NCBI RefSeq assembly: GCF_009914755.1 | Contig: NC_060934.1 | Direction: 5' to 3' (one strand) | Length of the DNA stretch: 64,000 bases | Origin: the human T2T-CHM13v2.0 reference genome, Homo sapiens | Shown: positions 30,168 to 46,007 of the stretch, piece after piece | Numbering within the stretch: position 1 is the stretch's first letter | Layout: every line of letters starts with the position of its first letter | Position numbers and translations under genes: made by a program | The notes under the pieces: generated by a model | What the model was told of the DNA's origin: nothing | Databases searched by the model: none | What the model saw: only the letters and a program-made list of their open reading frames with translations

Positions 30168-31764
30168 TTCATGTTCTGTAAATACAGCCATTTTCAGTTG
30201 ATCCTGCCTTTTTATGAGCTTACCAAATGACAAAAGCTTCATATAATTTTTGTCATATTTGTCAAGAAGTTTAAGAATTAAATTGAATGTTGGACTTTCA
30301 TGATAGGACTCTTAGTTTCAGGTTATGCTAAAAAGGAAATAGAATGAAAAATTCACATTCATTTCCTTGTGAATAATATAAAATTTTAAGCCTTATATCC
30401 AAAGGTAAGTGAAAAATATTTTTGTCTACCGAGTTTCTTCATTTATTGAGTGAAAAAAGAAAAAAATAAGGATTGATTCTTCTTCTCTTCAAGGAAATGA
30501 AGCAATGGGAATAGATACAATTATAGGAATGGATAGAAATAGAAATAGAGGAAAAAAATTAAAACGACGTATTTGCATCAACCAACAATTTGAAATCTAA
30601 GGCAGGTAAGAAAGAGAGTATATAAAATCAGATTATAACTGCTGCACAATTGTTAGCTTTTGATAAAATACAATTTATTGTCTGATTTACATCAAAATGA
30701 ATTTATTCAGGAGAAAAAATTATCCTCTTGCTTTCTAGAGCACAATATGTAAGAGGAACATTTTAATTTTAACTTCCCCTCAGTGACAGTGACCCCTTCC
30801 GCCCTCTCCATTTTATAAATTATTGACAAAGCGTCAGGAAGATTCCAATTGTGCAACAGCTAATTGGCCCCTCTGGCCATTTTTCAACAGCCCTGAAAAG
30901 TTCATTGGTTTTAGATAAAGGCTTTCCTGGAGTTGCAGGCTCAAACGTTCTGAGAGTTTGAACAAGTCTATGTTGTTTGGTTTTTAAATACAACATTGCT
31001 TGGCCAAGGCTTGGCAAAAAATCATGAGGTTGGGACACTTGCTTGCTAAGGAAAAAATGAGAATTAGAATTGGCATTTGTATGAAATTAAATTTGAAATG
31101 TGTATTTTAGAGCAAAAATAGACTTTTGCTAATTTTAGAATTTGGAAAGAATGAATGTTGATATAGACAAGATTCAGTTATTATGAGGAAAGACTTAAAG
31201 ATAGGTATACGTAAGTAAAATTTTGTCATACTCAAGCAATATCTTATAAATGTATTTTGTAAGCCTTAAACTGATTTCAGGATTTTGGCTTTCAAGATGT
31301 ATTATTTCCGTCTGCGCAATAAAAAATGTCTTTTTGCTGTGAAGTGGCTGGGTATAAAATGAAAGCACCTACAGCTTATATTTAAATTACCAGTGGAACA
31401 TTTTCCAGTCTCTTTTTGGAATTTTATTTTGGTTGAGAACTGTGATGTCAAAACCAACTCTTTTGACTGACTTCTAGCTTCTATGACACTAAGACCTCTG
31501 ACGTGTTTATGCTGCAAAGGCACATTTGCAGTCGTGACATTAGCTCTTTCTACAGGATGAACTTTAATCCAAGTAGGTGGATGTTTTGTTCCACACATTG
31601 GAGTTATATTCAAATGCTCACAAGAGAAACATCTGAAGGACTATTGGAAAGACTCTATCTTTTATCTCTGATAAAACAGAAATGCAATTACTTGCCAGGA
31701 TCTCGTTTCCATTTTCCATCTACATTATTTTCCTTTGCAGTGCTTTTACAAAATTATAGTCTTC

Positions 31765-31810
31765 GTGTTGTGTGTGTATGTGTGTTTGCAAATGTGTGTG
31801 AGTGTATGTG
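31765..31810. repeat. Imperfect (TG)n
   Basis: Interrupted gt runs. Confidence 0.7.
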
Positions 31811-32428
31811 AAAAGGGGATTAGAAGAGATGAAAGCAATTTTCCATATTGCTTACCTCTGCAAATTTTGTTTTTAAAAACATTATTTCAGTTGTTTATAA
31901 TAATAAAGTCTTAGAAATTGTATCTCATTTTCTATTATAGAATTGGTCCAATAATTTTCTGTTTTTCTCAATATATGATGTGCTCTAGAATACAGCTTAT
32001 TTTCCTCTTTTATCTTCCTTAAACTTTCCTAAAAAATAACATTTTGTTTGATCACCTGTTAACGGTCTGTTAACTGAAAGGTAATTCATGTAAATAGAAG
32101 GAAACAAAGAGTAAATTTAGGTAGAAAATAAAAATTGAAAAGAGGAAAAAAATAAGATGAAGAACACTGTTTCAAAATTTAATAAAACTATATTTCCATT
32201 CAGATTCATAAATATTTTAAAAGCCTAGGGTTCTTCAAACATTCTTCCAGGAAGTTGATTTTCAAAGTATTCTTATTTTCAGTTAAGAGGAAAATGAAGG
32301 GATACAATTTAGATTATATCAATCTCAATTCAAATGAAGACATTTTGTTTTACTTTTTGAAACTCTAGAATGTAATAATCTGAACACAATCTGAAATTAT
32401 GTCCAATATGTATATTAAGAATAATCAT

Positions 32429-32816
<388 letters not shown>

Positions 32817-34184
32817 TCAGCACCAGTCTAGATTTCAAATGGTTATTTGAGAAGCTTCCTATCATTTTGAGCCATCTTGTGCAACAGGATCATCACAATT
32901 TTTGTAAAGATAGTTTCTCACTACACAGTGCAATTTCTGCACTCTACACGGTTTTGATTCTTCATTTCTGTATCTGTGCTGCATGCATTCAGGATGCAGG
33001 AAGAGCATTGGTATTGTTTTTCCTCTTTGAGTTGGAGAACTGTAATTACTGAAAGCAGACATTTATATTCCTTATTTACCCTGGCATTTCAAGGTATTCC
33101 AAAATTGTGATGAAGAGACACATTCATGTTTACAAATTTTCAGAAAAAAAAAAAAAACTTCAATCTTCCCTTTGTTTTACTAAATGAGGAAGTTTATTTT
33201 GTAACTGGTTTGGCTCAAATTGCGGAAGGTCACCCGCACATCCAGATGTTGACCATATCCTTGCTGTACAATCTGGTGGTGGGAGGTTTGTTTGTATGTG
33301 CTTTGGTAGCCAGAGATCACAAATAGTAGTTCTGTGTGCTTGATATCTGTTGTCCTCAAAAGTCATGTGATCAGAAAGAAAGACAGTCCAAAGGAGGAAT
33401 GAAAATAGAACACTGCCCATTTCTGCACATTTGGGCACGGACTCCCAGCACCCTTCATGTCATCTACACAGCAAGCTATTGTGTCAGTGAGTACAGGGCT
33501 CACATTGGACATTGTTCAAACATTATGTTGCTTTGTACCTATCTGTACAACTTTCAAAATCAAAAAGTTATATCTGTCATTGACAAAAAAATTAAGTCAC
33601 TGGATACTGTTGCAACATTTATTTGCAAACAAATTACAGATGCCATTATTAGCCAGTAAGAAGAAGGAAAAAAACCTAAATTTAACAAGTTATTTGATTG
33701 TCTCTTAAATGGCACTATAGTGTTGATTACTGAACAGCAGGGTCATTATAATAGAACACCAGTGCAGTGCATCTCTATACACTGGAAGCTGTGGGAATAC
33801 AAGAGTATATAATAAACTGGAAAAATAAATGTGAACTCAAAATGTATTTTCCATCTCTGTCAGCGGCAGCAGCAGCAACTTTTAACCAAAGCTACTTCTT
33901 AGTATAATCCTAACACCCACAGATCAATACTAGTGCTGGCCTTCGGTAAAGGAACCCAGGCTCCTCAGGCTAGTTGGTTCCATGTCTGAAAGTGAAAAAA
34001 AAAATTACAATAAATCTGAAACATTTTGTTACAAAGGATCAAAGATACTTTCCAAACTTAAGGGGAAGTATGGAAAGTTTCAACTTAAAGACTGTTCTAC
34101 CAGTCAATTTCTAAAAGTACGAACACATAAAGCAACTACTGGAACTCAGAAATTTAATAAAGGATTATGTTTTATTCTTCATGA

Positions 34185-34325
34185 CACAGTTCAAATCTTC
34201 CACTCATACTCTATTTGCTGGAATTCAGTCACATGACCACAACTAACTGTAAGGAAGATGAGAAATATGTCTTAACTTTGTGTCCTAGAAGGAAATTGAA
34301 ATCACCTGCTAGTAATTAGTCAAAC
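34185..34325 (-). mobile_element. MLT1 (MaLR LTR) fragment
   Basis: cagtcacatgaccacaactaactgtaagg...gagaaat...tgtgtcctagaaggaaa. Confidence 0.65.
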
Positions 34326-34596
34326 CCCATCTCTGTATGCAAGAAAAAAATAAACCAAGGACTTCTGAGTAACCAAAGTCAATATAGAAAAAAATAAGTA
34401 CTGTCTCCTAAAGCAGGATTTGGCAAAATTTTTTCAGTAAGAGGTGAGATAGTAAACATTTTAGGCTTCACAGACCATATGGTATCTGTTACAACTACTC
34501 AATTCAGCTATTGTCTTACAAAACCGTCATAATCAATACCTAAATGAATAGATACGGCAGTGTCTAAATAAAACTTGATTTATAAAAACCAGTGGC

Positions 34597-35185
<589 letters not shown>

Positions 35186-36179
35186 TTCAGTGGCAAGCCC
35201 AGGATAGTTTACCAGTGCCTACCCTAAATGAAGGACAACATATACAGTGGTTGACACACATATTAACCTGTGAGAAAGACAGCCCCAGTGTTAATTGGTA
35301 CTGGTCATCACACAGAAAAAATAAGTAGAAAAAGCATTTAACCACACTCCAAGGAAACAAATTAGTCACATGTCTTTAATGCAGAGTAGACTTATTCCTA
35401 GGAGAAAAATTCTCTAGCTACATCTAAAAATTATAATGAGATAAAAAATATACAATTTTAGTAGTGACAATGGAGCAGATCAATATACTTACAAGAACAT
35501 GGGTAATGATAACAACATGGCACATTATTTCAGGGTGAACAGTGAGTTGCATAAAACAAAAGCTACTGTGAAGGTGTGGACATTAAACATTATTGATTTG
35601 GCACAATTTAGGCTCAACCATAAATTAGACCTGTGCCTTGATAAGAAATCATTGATTCCAGATCTTAAGATTTTGACTTGTCTATAAGAATATTTATTTT
35701 TCATTATAACCTGGTATATTTATGATGACCATAGAAATACAAACTTGGAAAGAAATAAAAACAATAATGAAAAGAATTTAAATCAATGGTACTTATGAAA
35801 GTATTTATAAATAGTATTTTTAGATTATGATATGACATGCATTCCAATCAGTTTTATAATCATAGTATATTTATGATGGGTCTGCTTTTATGATGTTAAG
35901 CATTTTAAAGAATATGTTCTGTTGGAATTGTGATTTTAATTAAAAATTTAAATGTGTTTAATTACATTTTTAGTAAATATATGTGTTAACAAAATGTTTA
36001 ACCTCTTAAATGCATTCAGATTCATGGTTTTTTAGTAATATGTAAATATTTAGAGGGACTGTCTTTAATATTTGAAACATGAGAACTGATTTGCAAGTCA
36101 ATAAAATCAAACACTATTCAAAGTTCAAATGGTTCTTTGCATTTCTACCAAAACCTTTTAGCAATTAAGTAAGCTACTC

Positions 36180-36475
36180 AGCTGGGCACAGTGGGTCACG
36201 TCTGTAATCTCAGCACTTTGGGAGGCCAAGGCGGGTGGATCACGAGGTCAGAAGTTTGAGACCAGCCTAACCAATATGGTGAAACTCCATCTCTACTAAA
36301 AATACAAAAATTAGCTGGGCGTGGTGGCATGCACCTGTAATCCCAGCTACTCAGGAGGCTGAGGCAAGAGAACAGCTTGAATCCAGGAGGCGGAGGTTGC
36401 AATGAGCCGAGATCGCTCCACTGCATTCCAGCCTCGACAAGACAGTGAGACTTCGTCTCAAAAAAAAAAAAAAAA
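36180..36475 (+). mobile_element. AluSg-like
   Basis: TSD aagctactca. Confidence 0.95.
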
Positions 36476-36597
36476 GCTACTCACAAACCAAAAAACTACA
36501 TTAAAACACAAAAATATACCAAACTAAAAAACCCCATCATGAAGTAAACATATAAATGTCTTTCAGGAAAAAAAAAAAGCAAGTATTTAAAATTTCA

Positions 36598-36902
36598 GGC
36601 CAGGCACGGTGGCTCACGCCTGTAATCCCAGCACTTTGGGAGGCTGAGGTGGGTGGATCACGAGTTCAGGAGATCGAGACCATCCTGGCTAACACGGTGA
36701 AATCCCGTCTCTACTAAAAAAAAAAATACAAAAAATTAGTTGGGCGTGGTGGCGGGCGCCTGTAGTCCCAAACTACTTGGGAGGCTGAGGCAGGAGAAGG
36801 CTTGAACCTGGAAGGCAGAGGCTGCAGTGAGCTGAGATCATGCCACTGCACTGCAGCCTGGGGGACAGAGCGAGACTCTGCTTTAAAAAAAAAAAAAAAA
36901 AA
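36598..36902 (+). mobile_element. AluY-like
   Basis: gagatcgagaccatcctggctaacacgg; TSD aaaatttca. Confidence 0.95.
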
Positions 36903-37640
36903 TTTCATCATCAGCAATTAGAAAGTCAAATATTTTAAAAATACAACTCTATTCACCAATAGGAGACCCTCCATATATTAGCCCTGATAGTTTGTCTCTG
37001 CTTCAGTGTTTTCTGCTATTTATATTTAAGCACTCAGAATACTGAATGGCCTTTTAACCTCACAGTTTTAACTAAGTCAACAAGTAACGCCCAAAGCAGA
37101 TCTGTGGGGCTAGAGGAGGCTAAGGAAAGATTTTGTGTCTTTTCTTAAAAAAACTGATGATAGATTAGAGACAACAATGAAAAATTATTTCTCATGAGAC
37201 AAAATAGCTGCTACTGTTACATCTGCTGTTGTTAAAATTATTATCCAAAGAATAGAAATGATTTGTTAATTAATTAATTATACATAGTGCATCTCTTATT
37301 ATCTAAAATAAATATAGGGAGAATGTTATAGGTTTCATAAAAATAATTGTGCTTTAGTTTATAAAATGCATTTTGTGTGTATCAACATCAATATCCGGAG
37401 AGATATATACCCTCATCCTCTCATCCTCCCACCACAGACGTTTTAAAATACTGAGTGAAACTAAAAAAACACATTAAATAATTAATAATCTTTGTTCAAT
37501 TCTATAGGAGTGCATAGCAGATGTTATTTTATTTTCCAGCAACATTTTTCTCTCTCATGTGCTAAGGTGATTGGGCTTTGGTCAATTGGAGATTTTCATG
37601 TAGGGTAATGTTATGATTTTTGGTGATAGAAAAGTTTGGT

Positions 37641-37691
37641 GACATGAAAAGTTTTCTAATAATATTTTTAGGAGACATGAAGGATTTCAAA
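37641..37691 (+). repeat. 51 bp direct repeat, copy 1
   Basis: 50/51 identical to 38829-38879. Confidence 0.92.
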
Positions 37692-37730
37692 AATTACAGC
37701 AGTTCTCTTGTCTGTCTTGACAATTCACAA

Positions 37731-38428
37731 TGATAGGGATGGGAGACAGAGAAATACTGGGTAGAAGAGGGTGGTTCCCTGGCAAAGGTCCCACCCTCAA
37801 GCCTGGACACCAGCAGCCATAAATGAGAACAGGCATTCCTGTTTTCATGCCCAAAAAGTTGCCTTTTGACCCACCACATCCCCCTATGCTGTACCCATAT
37901 ATACCTTGAACCTCAGGCTCCAGAGAGAGATGAGCAACAGAATGGTGCAGCCAAGGAGAGAAGAGAAGGAGCATCTGAATGCCGAGAGGAGTTCGGCTGG
38001 GGACAATCGGAGAGGAGTCTGCCACTGGACACCAAATTCCAGGGGACGATCATCTTCCTACTCTATTCCCCCTTCCAGCTTTCCATCCATCCCACTGAGA
38101 GCCATCTACACCACTCAGTAAAACCCCACATTCACTCTTCAAGTCCATGTGTGACCTGATTCTTTGTGGACTCCAGACAAGAACCTGGGTGCCAAGAGGG
38201 CACTGAGCTGGTAAACACTTAAGCTGTCTGCAGACAGCAGAGCGAAAAGACAACTGTAACACACACCCACTTGGGCTTATGGAGTCACAGACACACACCC
38301 CTAGACACTACTGTGGGGCCAGAGCCCCAAGGGCTCACTTTGGCTCCTGCACCTGCCATTTGCACATCATGCAACAGGAGTGTGCCTCTCTGTTGAGCCA
38401 GGGGGATCCAGGGAACTCTCTCATTTCA
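37731..38428 (+). mobile_element. LTR1-family solo LTR (ERV1), more diverged
   Basis: tgatagggatgggagacagagaaatactgggtagaagagg ... gggaactctctcatttca; exact 4 bp TSD acaa; homologous to 19741-20552. Confidence 0.9.
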
Positions 38429-38828
38429 ACAACACTTCAGAGAAACAACCATCATCCAGGATCCACAGAGGAGGCAGTTATTGCTTTCTTCAAGCTCAAC
38501 TCAATTAGAATTTTCATGAGAAGCCTGGAGTGTTTAAAATAGCTGATCATGAAATTTCATATTGTGATAATAAACAAGCAGTGGCTTCTAGGCATCAGAG
38601 ATGCAAAATCTCAATCATGTCTATTTTATGTTCCTGTCAAACATTCAGGAAATACTGAACATCATAATTGCAATCATAGGAGGAGGATTAGGGTTGAGCC
38701 CTCTCTATTCTTGGTTTGAGAAGCTCATGAAGGCTTTTGTTTTCTTCAATGGCACACAATTCCTGCAAATCACAGGGAAGCTACAGTTCCCATGCTTAGT
38801 ACAAACATGGAGAAAACCCTGCTAGGGG

Positions 38829-38879
38829 GACATGAAAAGTTTTCTAATAATATTTTTAGGAAACATGAAGGATTTCAAA
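38829..38879 (+). repeat. 51 bp direct repeat, copy 2
   Basis: 50/51 identical to 37641-37691. Confidence 0.92.
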
Positions 38880-39504
38880 TAATTATGCAAATGAATCATG
38901 CTGTGTACCATTTAGCACTTTTTATTATTTCACAGATTAGTACCATTTAGTACATGAGCAGTGAAAACCTCTGTCAGAGTTGTTAAAAGCGTGAGGCATC
39001 TGTACGCAGAATGCTGACATTAGCAGCCCACAAAATGTGGACAACTGTAACCATAAATTAGAGAAATTACTAAGGAGAGCCTTACAGAGAAAGACAAAGA
39101 TTTGATGGGACACAGATGTCTAATGTCTCCACATATGTGTATAATTTCATGACTGTTCCGTATGATATTTTGAAGATTTTATTCTCACTCTTTTAGGGAA
39201 TAACACTTTCAACACTCCCCCAGTCAACAGCTAGAGACAGCAGTCCCAGATATAAATTATTAAAAAATATTACGTTAAAAACTTATCCTTGCTCATTGTA
39301 TCAACAGCTCCATTCTTGCAAAAAGTGAGGTTCAACTACAAGTGTGTGCATTCAGCAAGGAAAAAGAAATATGTGATTATGTTTTTACAACCATCTGCAA
39401 TATCCTGGACCTCATCAATGAGTTATCATTTTTTAAAAGTTAAAGAAGAGCTGGAGTGAGTTTTTCTGCTTCTCAATGTTTCCTGAGTCTAGTGGTCCAC
39501 AGAC

Positions 39505-39680
39505 CAGGGCCAGGGACAAGGTTGTGTGGCCTGTGCAGTTGCAAAGGACTCCATACTGAGAAGGCCTCTGCATTTGGTATCAGCTTTCTGGGAGTGTCTA
39601 GAAATACTAAATAAATTTTGAACAAGGGACTTGCATTTTCATTTTCTGGGGGACCCTGCAAACACACAACTGGTTATCCC
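39505..39680. mobile_element. MER91A (hAT-Tip100)
   Basis: cagggcc...cctgtgcagttgca...gaaggcc...ttttgaacaaggg...gcattttcatttt...ccctgcaaa. Confidence 0.75.
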
Positions 39681-40861
39681 AGTGAAGCTCAGAGTACTAT
39701 GGACCCTATGGAAATCTACATTCACTCTCAAAGCATATCATCCAATGAGCACTGTACTGCCCTGCAACATAGGAGAAAGCAGCGTGAGGAGGTACTATCT
39801 ATACATGCCTTTTTAACAATTTTGGCCTTTAGACCATTTATAAACCAGTAAGCCAGTCAGAGAATGTAAACTCTGCTACCAATCTGGCATTTCTAAACAT
39901 ATCTTGTTTTTAAAAGGATTCAATGGGAGTTTTCCACTTGGGCTACAGTGAAGTAATTTGTAGCAAGCAGCATCACTACCAAGAACAGCTGGAATAGCAG
40001 AAAAAATTTAAACATACAGATGTTTGAAAACATCTGAGAGCTACTGAGGCAGCCGGTATCTGAAAGGAGGGAAAGGAGAACTGCAGAGAAATAAATTCAA
40101 TATTCAATATGGCTTTTCTTTCTTTTTCAAACTTTTGAGAACACTTGCCAAATTTGTGTATAGGGCAAAGCAGCTGAGAATTGTTATAGAGGGCTACTGC
40201 TAAGAGAAAAATAATGATCAGAGATTCATCAATCTGACCATTTTGAAGAAATAAAAATCACATGGCAGGACTGTCAAGGAATTCAGAATTTGTGAAGTCA
40301 AGATCCTGGAGAGAGGAAGAGTTAAAAGAAGGCAGTCCTGTCTGATGTTAAAGCATTTGCTGCATTTTTAAGCTCCATGGGGCAAAAAACTAAGATGACA
40401 AGCAGTGAGTCAGTGAAAATCAGAGTATACAGCTGTCCATAGTCCTGATGTGGAAAAAAAACAAAGTGGAGTTTGAGAGTAAGCAAGGGCTTAAAGACCA
40501 TAGGTAATACCCAAAGCTTTAAGTTAGGACACCAGTAACAGGAGAAGGGATGGAAAGAGGAAGATGAAACCTTATAAAACTGGAAACCAGGCTTGAGTGA
40601 GCTCCATCTTTGACTGGATTATGGTAATCGGCTCCCCTGGCTGAGCTGCTTACCAGAAGATGGGGTGAAGACTTTGTGGAAGAAGAAAACATTATTCAGA
40701 GGGGCTACAGATCTTCATAGCAATTTCTAGAATTTAATAAATAATTAGAGATAAAGGCAAAAAAATATAAATAGGAACACAAGTGAAGGAAATATTGAAG
40801 TTGTCAGACATATACTTTAAAAACACCATTAAACATGTTCAATTAGAAAGATGACAAAAGG

Positions 40862-41543
40862 GGTTGTTTCTTGTAGAGTTGTTTGAGTTCTTTGTAGATT
40901 CCAGATATTAGACTTTTGTTGGATGCATAGGTTGCAAATATCCTGTCCCAATCTGTAGACTGTTTACTCTGTTGATTACATCTTTTTCTGTTCAGAAGCT
41001 TTTTAGTTTAATTAAGTCCCATGTATTTGTCTACTTTTGCTTCCGTTGCATTTGCTTTTGAAGTAATAGTCATGAATTATTTTGCCTAGGATAATATCCA
41101 AAAGAATTTTTCCCAGGTTTTCTTCTAGGACTTTTACAGTTTCAGGTCTTACATTTAAGCCTTCAATCCATCTTGAGTTAATTTTTGTATATGGTGAGGG
41201 ATATGGGTCCAGTTTCATTCTTCTGCAGGTGGCTAGCCAGCTTCCCCAGTGTAACGTACTGATTAGGGTGTTGCTTCCCAGGGTATGTTTTTGTCTACTT
41301 CGTCAAAGATCAGTTCACTGTACGCACGTGCCTCTATTTCTGGATTCCCTCTGTTCCATTGATCTATGTCTCTTATTTATATACCAGTACCAGGCTGTTT
41401 GGGTTACTACAGCTTTGTAATACAATTTGAAGCCAGGTAATGTGCTGCCCCAGCTTTGTTCTTTTTGTTTAGGGTTGTCTTTTCTAAGTCTTTGAAAAAT
41501 TATGTTTGTATTTTGATTGGGATTGCACTGAATCTGTAGATTG
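40862..41543 (-). mobile_element. Inverted 5' segment of an L1PB-type insertion
   Basis: ORF2 peptides MKLDPYPSPYTKINSRWI and [17 protein letters not shown] on the minus strand. Confidence 0.9.
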
Positions 41544-42459
41544 AAAAGTGAGCACGGGAAATGAACAGACGTTTTTTCAAAAGAAGACATGCAAGGAGCC
41601 AACAAGCACATGAAAACATGCTCAGCATCACAGATAATCAGAGAAACTCAAATTAAAACCACAATGAGATACTATCTTACACCAGTCAGAATGGCTATCA
41701 TTAAAAAGTCAAAAAATAAGAGATGCTGGTGAGGGTGCAGAGAAGAAGGAACACTTGGCATGCTGTTGGTGGGATGTAAATGAGTACAACCTCTACAGAA
41801 ACAGTATGGATTTGTCAAAGAACTAAACACAGATCCATCATTTGATATAATAATCCCACTACTGCATATCTACCCAAAAGAAAAGAAAAAATTATATCAA
41901 AAGACATCAGCACTTGTATGTTTATTGCTGCACTATTCACAATAACAAAGATAGAGAATAAACCTAAACACCCATCAAGGTGGACCGGATAAGGAAAAGG
42001 CAATATACCTATATATATTCGTATTTGTGATTATACATTACATAAACACTTTATTTATAATATATAATTGTATAATTGTATAAATTCATATATTATATAC
42101 TATTAAATATATAATGTAATTACATATATATATAATGTGTATGTATATACACATCAACGACTACTACTCAGCCATAAAAAGGAATAAAATCATGCCTTTT
42201 GCAGCAACATGGATGAAACTTGAGGCCCTTCTTTTTTTTTTTTTTTTTCTTGGAGATGGAGTCTTGCTCTGTCTCCAGGCTGGACTGCAGTGGTGCGATC
42301 TCGGCTCACTGCAACCTAATTGCCTCCTGGCTACAATGTTCATTATTTTCAGTGATGGCGTTATGAAAAGCCCAGACTTCACCACCATGTGACATATCCG
42401 TGTATTGAAACTGCACTTGTACCCTCTAAATCTATAAAAATAATTTTAAAAAGAAACGA
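41544..42459 (+). mobile_element. 3' segment of the same L1PB-type insertion
   Basis: accagtcagaatggcta; 3'UTR aaaagcccagacttcaccac...cacttgtaccc; TSD aaagatgacaaaagg at 40847 and 42460. Confidence 0.9.
42232..42317 (-). mobile_element. Alu 3' fragment (~85 bp)
   Basis: polyT then gagatggagtcttgctctgtc...ctcggctcactgcaacct, after which L1 resumes. Confidence 0.9.
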
Positions 42460-42633
42460 AAAGATGACAAAAGGTGTAATTATACCAATGAACAGGGATC
42501 TTTAAAAAATAAAGTGAAAAATGAAGAACTAAGAATTCATATATTTTAAAATGGATACTTAATGAAGGAGTTATACAGGAATTGGGCAAACTGAAAACAG
42601 GATTACTGGTCAGTAGAAAAAAATAGATCAGTA

Positions 42634-43295
<662 letters not shown>

Positions 43296-43329
43296 TTATA
43301 GCTGAGAAAGACTTAAAAACAGACTTACC

Positions 43330-43633
<304 letters not shown>

Positions 43634-45008
43634 CAGACGTGCCTGTGCATATGCACACACAGAAAAGAGCATATGAAATATAGAGGAGATGGTGACATTC
43701 TTGTAATCAAAGTCCCATAAAGACAGGAGAGAGAGAAAGAGAATTCTTTAGTAGCAATATTGGAAGAGTTAATGGCCCATATTTTTACGAAACTAAAAAA
43801 GAACTCAAGCCATAAATCCAAAAAGTGCAATAAACACAAACATGCTAAAGACAAAGAAAATGACTAAGAGGATTTTCACCGATGGGCCTGTGTAAAATAA
43901 AAATAGAAAGATTCCCTAAACAGAAGAAAAAGTAACGGAAAAAACCTGAAAATTCAGGAAAGAATGAAGAATACAAGGACCCATAAATGTGTGGTCATAA
44001 CTAAATAAATATTGACTGTACAACAATCATGACAATGCCTTGTGAGATTTAAAATACATGCAGAATGAGACAACTTTAAAATTATACAAAGTAGGGGCAA
44101 GAGTGCATTGAACTAGCATTTTACATTTCCAAAATAGTGTGTGAAATGGCAAGGTTTATAATTTATATTTGATTGCAGTCAGTCATTTATTTATATTTGA
44201 ATCCCCAAGGCAATCAGTAGGGGAATGTTTGGCTATCAATCTATCTGAGAAAAATTTGACTAACGGGGGAGGAGGAAATAAATTTAGGCAGGCCGAAGTC
44301 CCACTAATGACTTGGAAAGTCAGACAGCATGCCATGTTGTACGTTGAGACACCTTAGAAAAGTGCAGAGTCCACAAAGACTAGATAGAGGAGGTGAATTC
44401 CAGATTGTGGAAAACCCCTCAGAAGTGAGTTGGATGTCATTTGTTGCTTTTCCTATCGGCCCACTTGTAATTCTGGGCTGAGATTTTGGGCTTGGTCCAG
44501 GCAGAGAGTGCTACTGAGGCACCAGCAGAGCTGTGGGTTCTTGTGGGGGATTGTGATTAAAAAATTGGAGACTCAAGGTCCTCAACATACGTCTGACTTT
44601 CCCTTTGCAGCTCTTACAGTAGCCTGAAACTATGAGGGGCTGGAAGATAAAGAGCTAACCCAAAACCTCTGTAAATTAGTAGGTAACTTCTCAGAGCCCC
44701 AGGATGTGGGAGAAACAAAAATTCACCCAATAGACAGCCAGCTAAGGATGCACCAGGCCACAGCTGAAAGGGCTAGAGAGGAGATGTGGACCTGTGTGGT
44801 CATCTGAAGTTGTGTGCTATGGGGGCACTTCCTGATTTTAAATACCTAGTGACTCAGAATCCCAGAGTAACCACCAGACGATGAGACTTATCTAGAAAGG
44901 AACAAAACACCAACTATTGCAATAGTCACACAGTGTACAAGTTGGAGATTTAAGGGACCTCAATCCAATGATGGTTTCTCCTTTAAGATGTTTATCAAAT
45001 TCATTGGT

Positions 45009-45121
45009 TTTTTATGACCGTATAGTATTCCATGGTGAATATATACCACAATTTTCCTTGGTTTTTAACCATTAATAGACACTTAAGTTGTTTCCATATC
45101 CTGGCTATTGTGAATAATGCT
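45009..45121 (-). mobile_element. L1MA inverted segment
   Basis: Reverse complement reads agcattattcacaatagccagg...atggaatactat. Confidence 0.8.
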
Positions 45122-45124
45122 CCT

Positions 45125-45560
45125 CCTGGAGGAGGGTCAGGTTAAGTGAAATAAGACAGCCACAGAAAGACACATACTGCAAGGTCTCTCTCATACATTG
45201 AAATCTGAAATGTTGTTCTCATGGAAATAGAGAATTGAATAGTGGTTACTAGAGGATGGAAAGGGTAGGTGGGAGAGGGAGATGGGGAGAGATTGGTCAA
45301 CAGGTACAAAGTTAACAGTTAAAATAGAAGGAATAAATTGTGCTGTTCTATTGTAGAGCAGGATGATGAGTTAATATCAATGTATATTTCAAAGCAGCTA
45401 CCAGAGAGATTTCTGAATGTTCTCATCACAAAGAAATAAATGTTAAGATGATGGATATTCTAATTACCCTAATTTGATCATTACACCATGTATACATGTA
45501 TCAAAACATCACATTTTACCCAAAACATGTACAATTATTATGTGTCAGTCATATAAAAAT
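45125..45560 (+). mobile_element. L1MA (MA6-like) 3' end
   Basis: aagtgaaataag...gagagattggtcaacaggtacaaagtt...tgttctcatcacaaagaaat...aattattatgtgtc. Confidence 0.85.
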
Positions 45561-45571
45561 ATACTTGTCTA

Positions 45572-45924
<353 letters not shown>

Positions 45925-46007
45925 CTACAGTGCAAGAGTCATAACACACTCTGACAAGTGCAGTAGAATTTCGCACAACATCTTGATGATCAAGAGAAAT
46001 GGCCCAA

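Noticed and set aside
30790-31050. Possible conserved enhancer-like unique sequence
   Set aside because: Only scattered short motifs; nothing testable without alignments.
41012-41611. ORFs with clear L1 ORF2 peptides
   Set aside because: Broken fragments of a truncated, inverted L1; not a gene or an active element.
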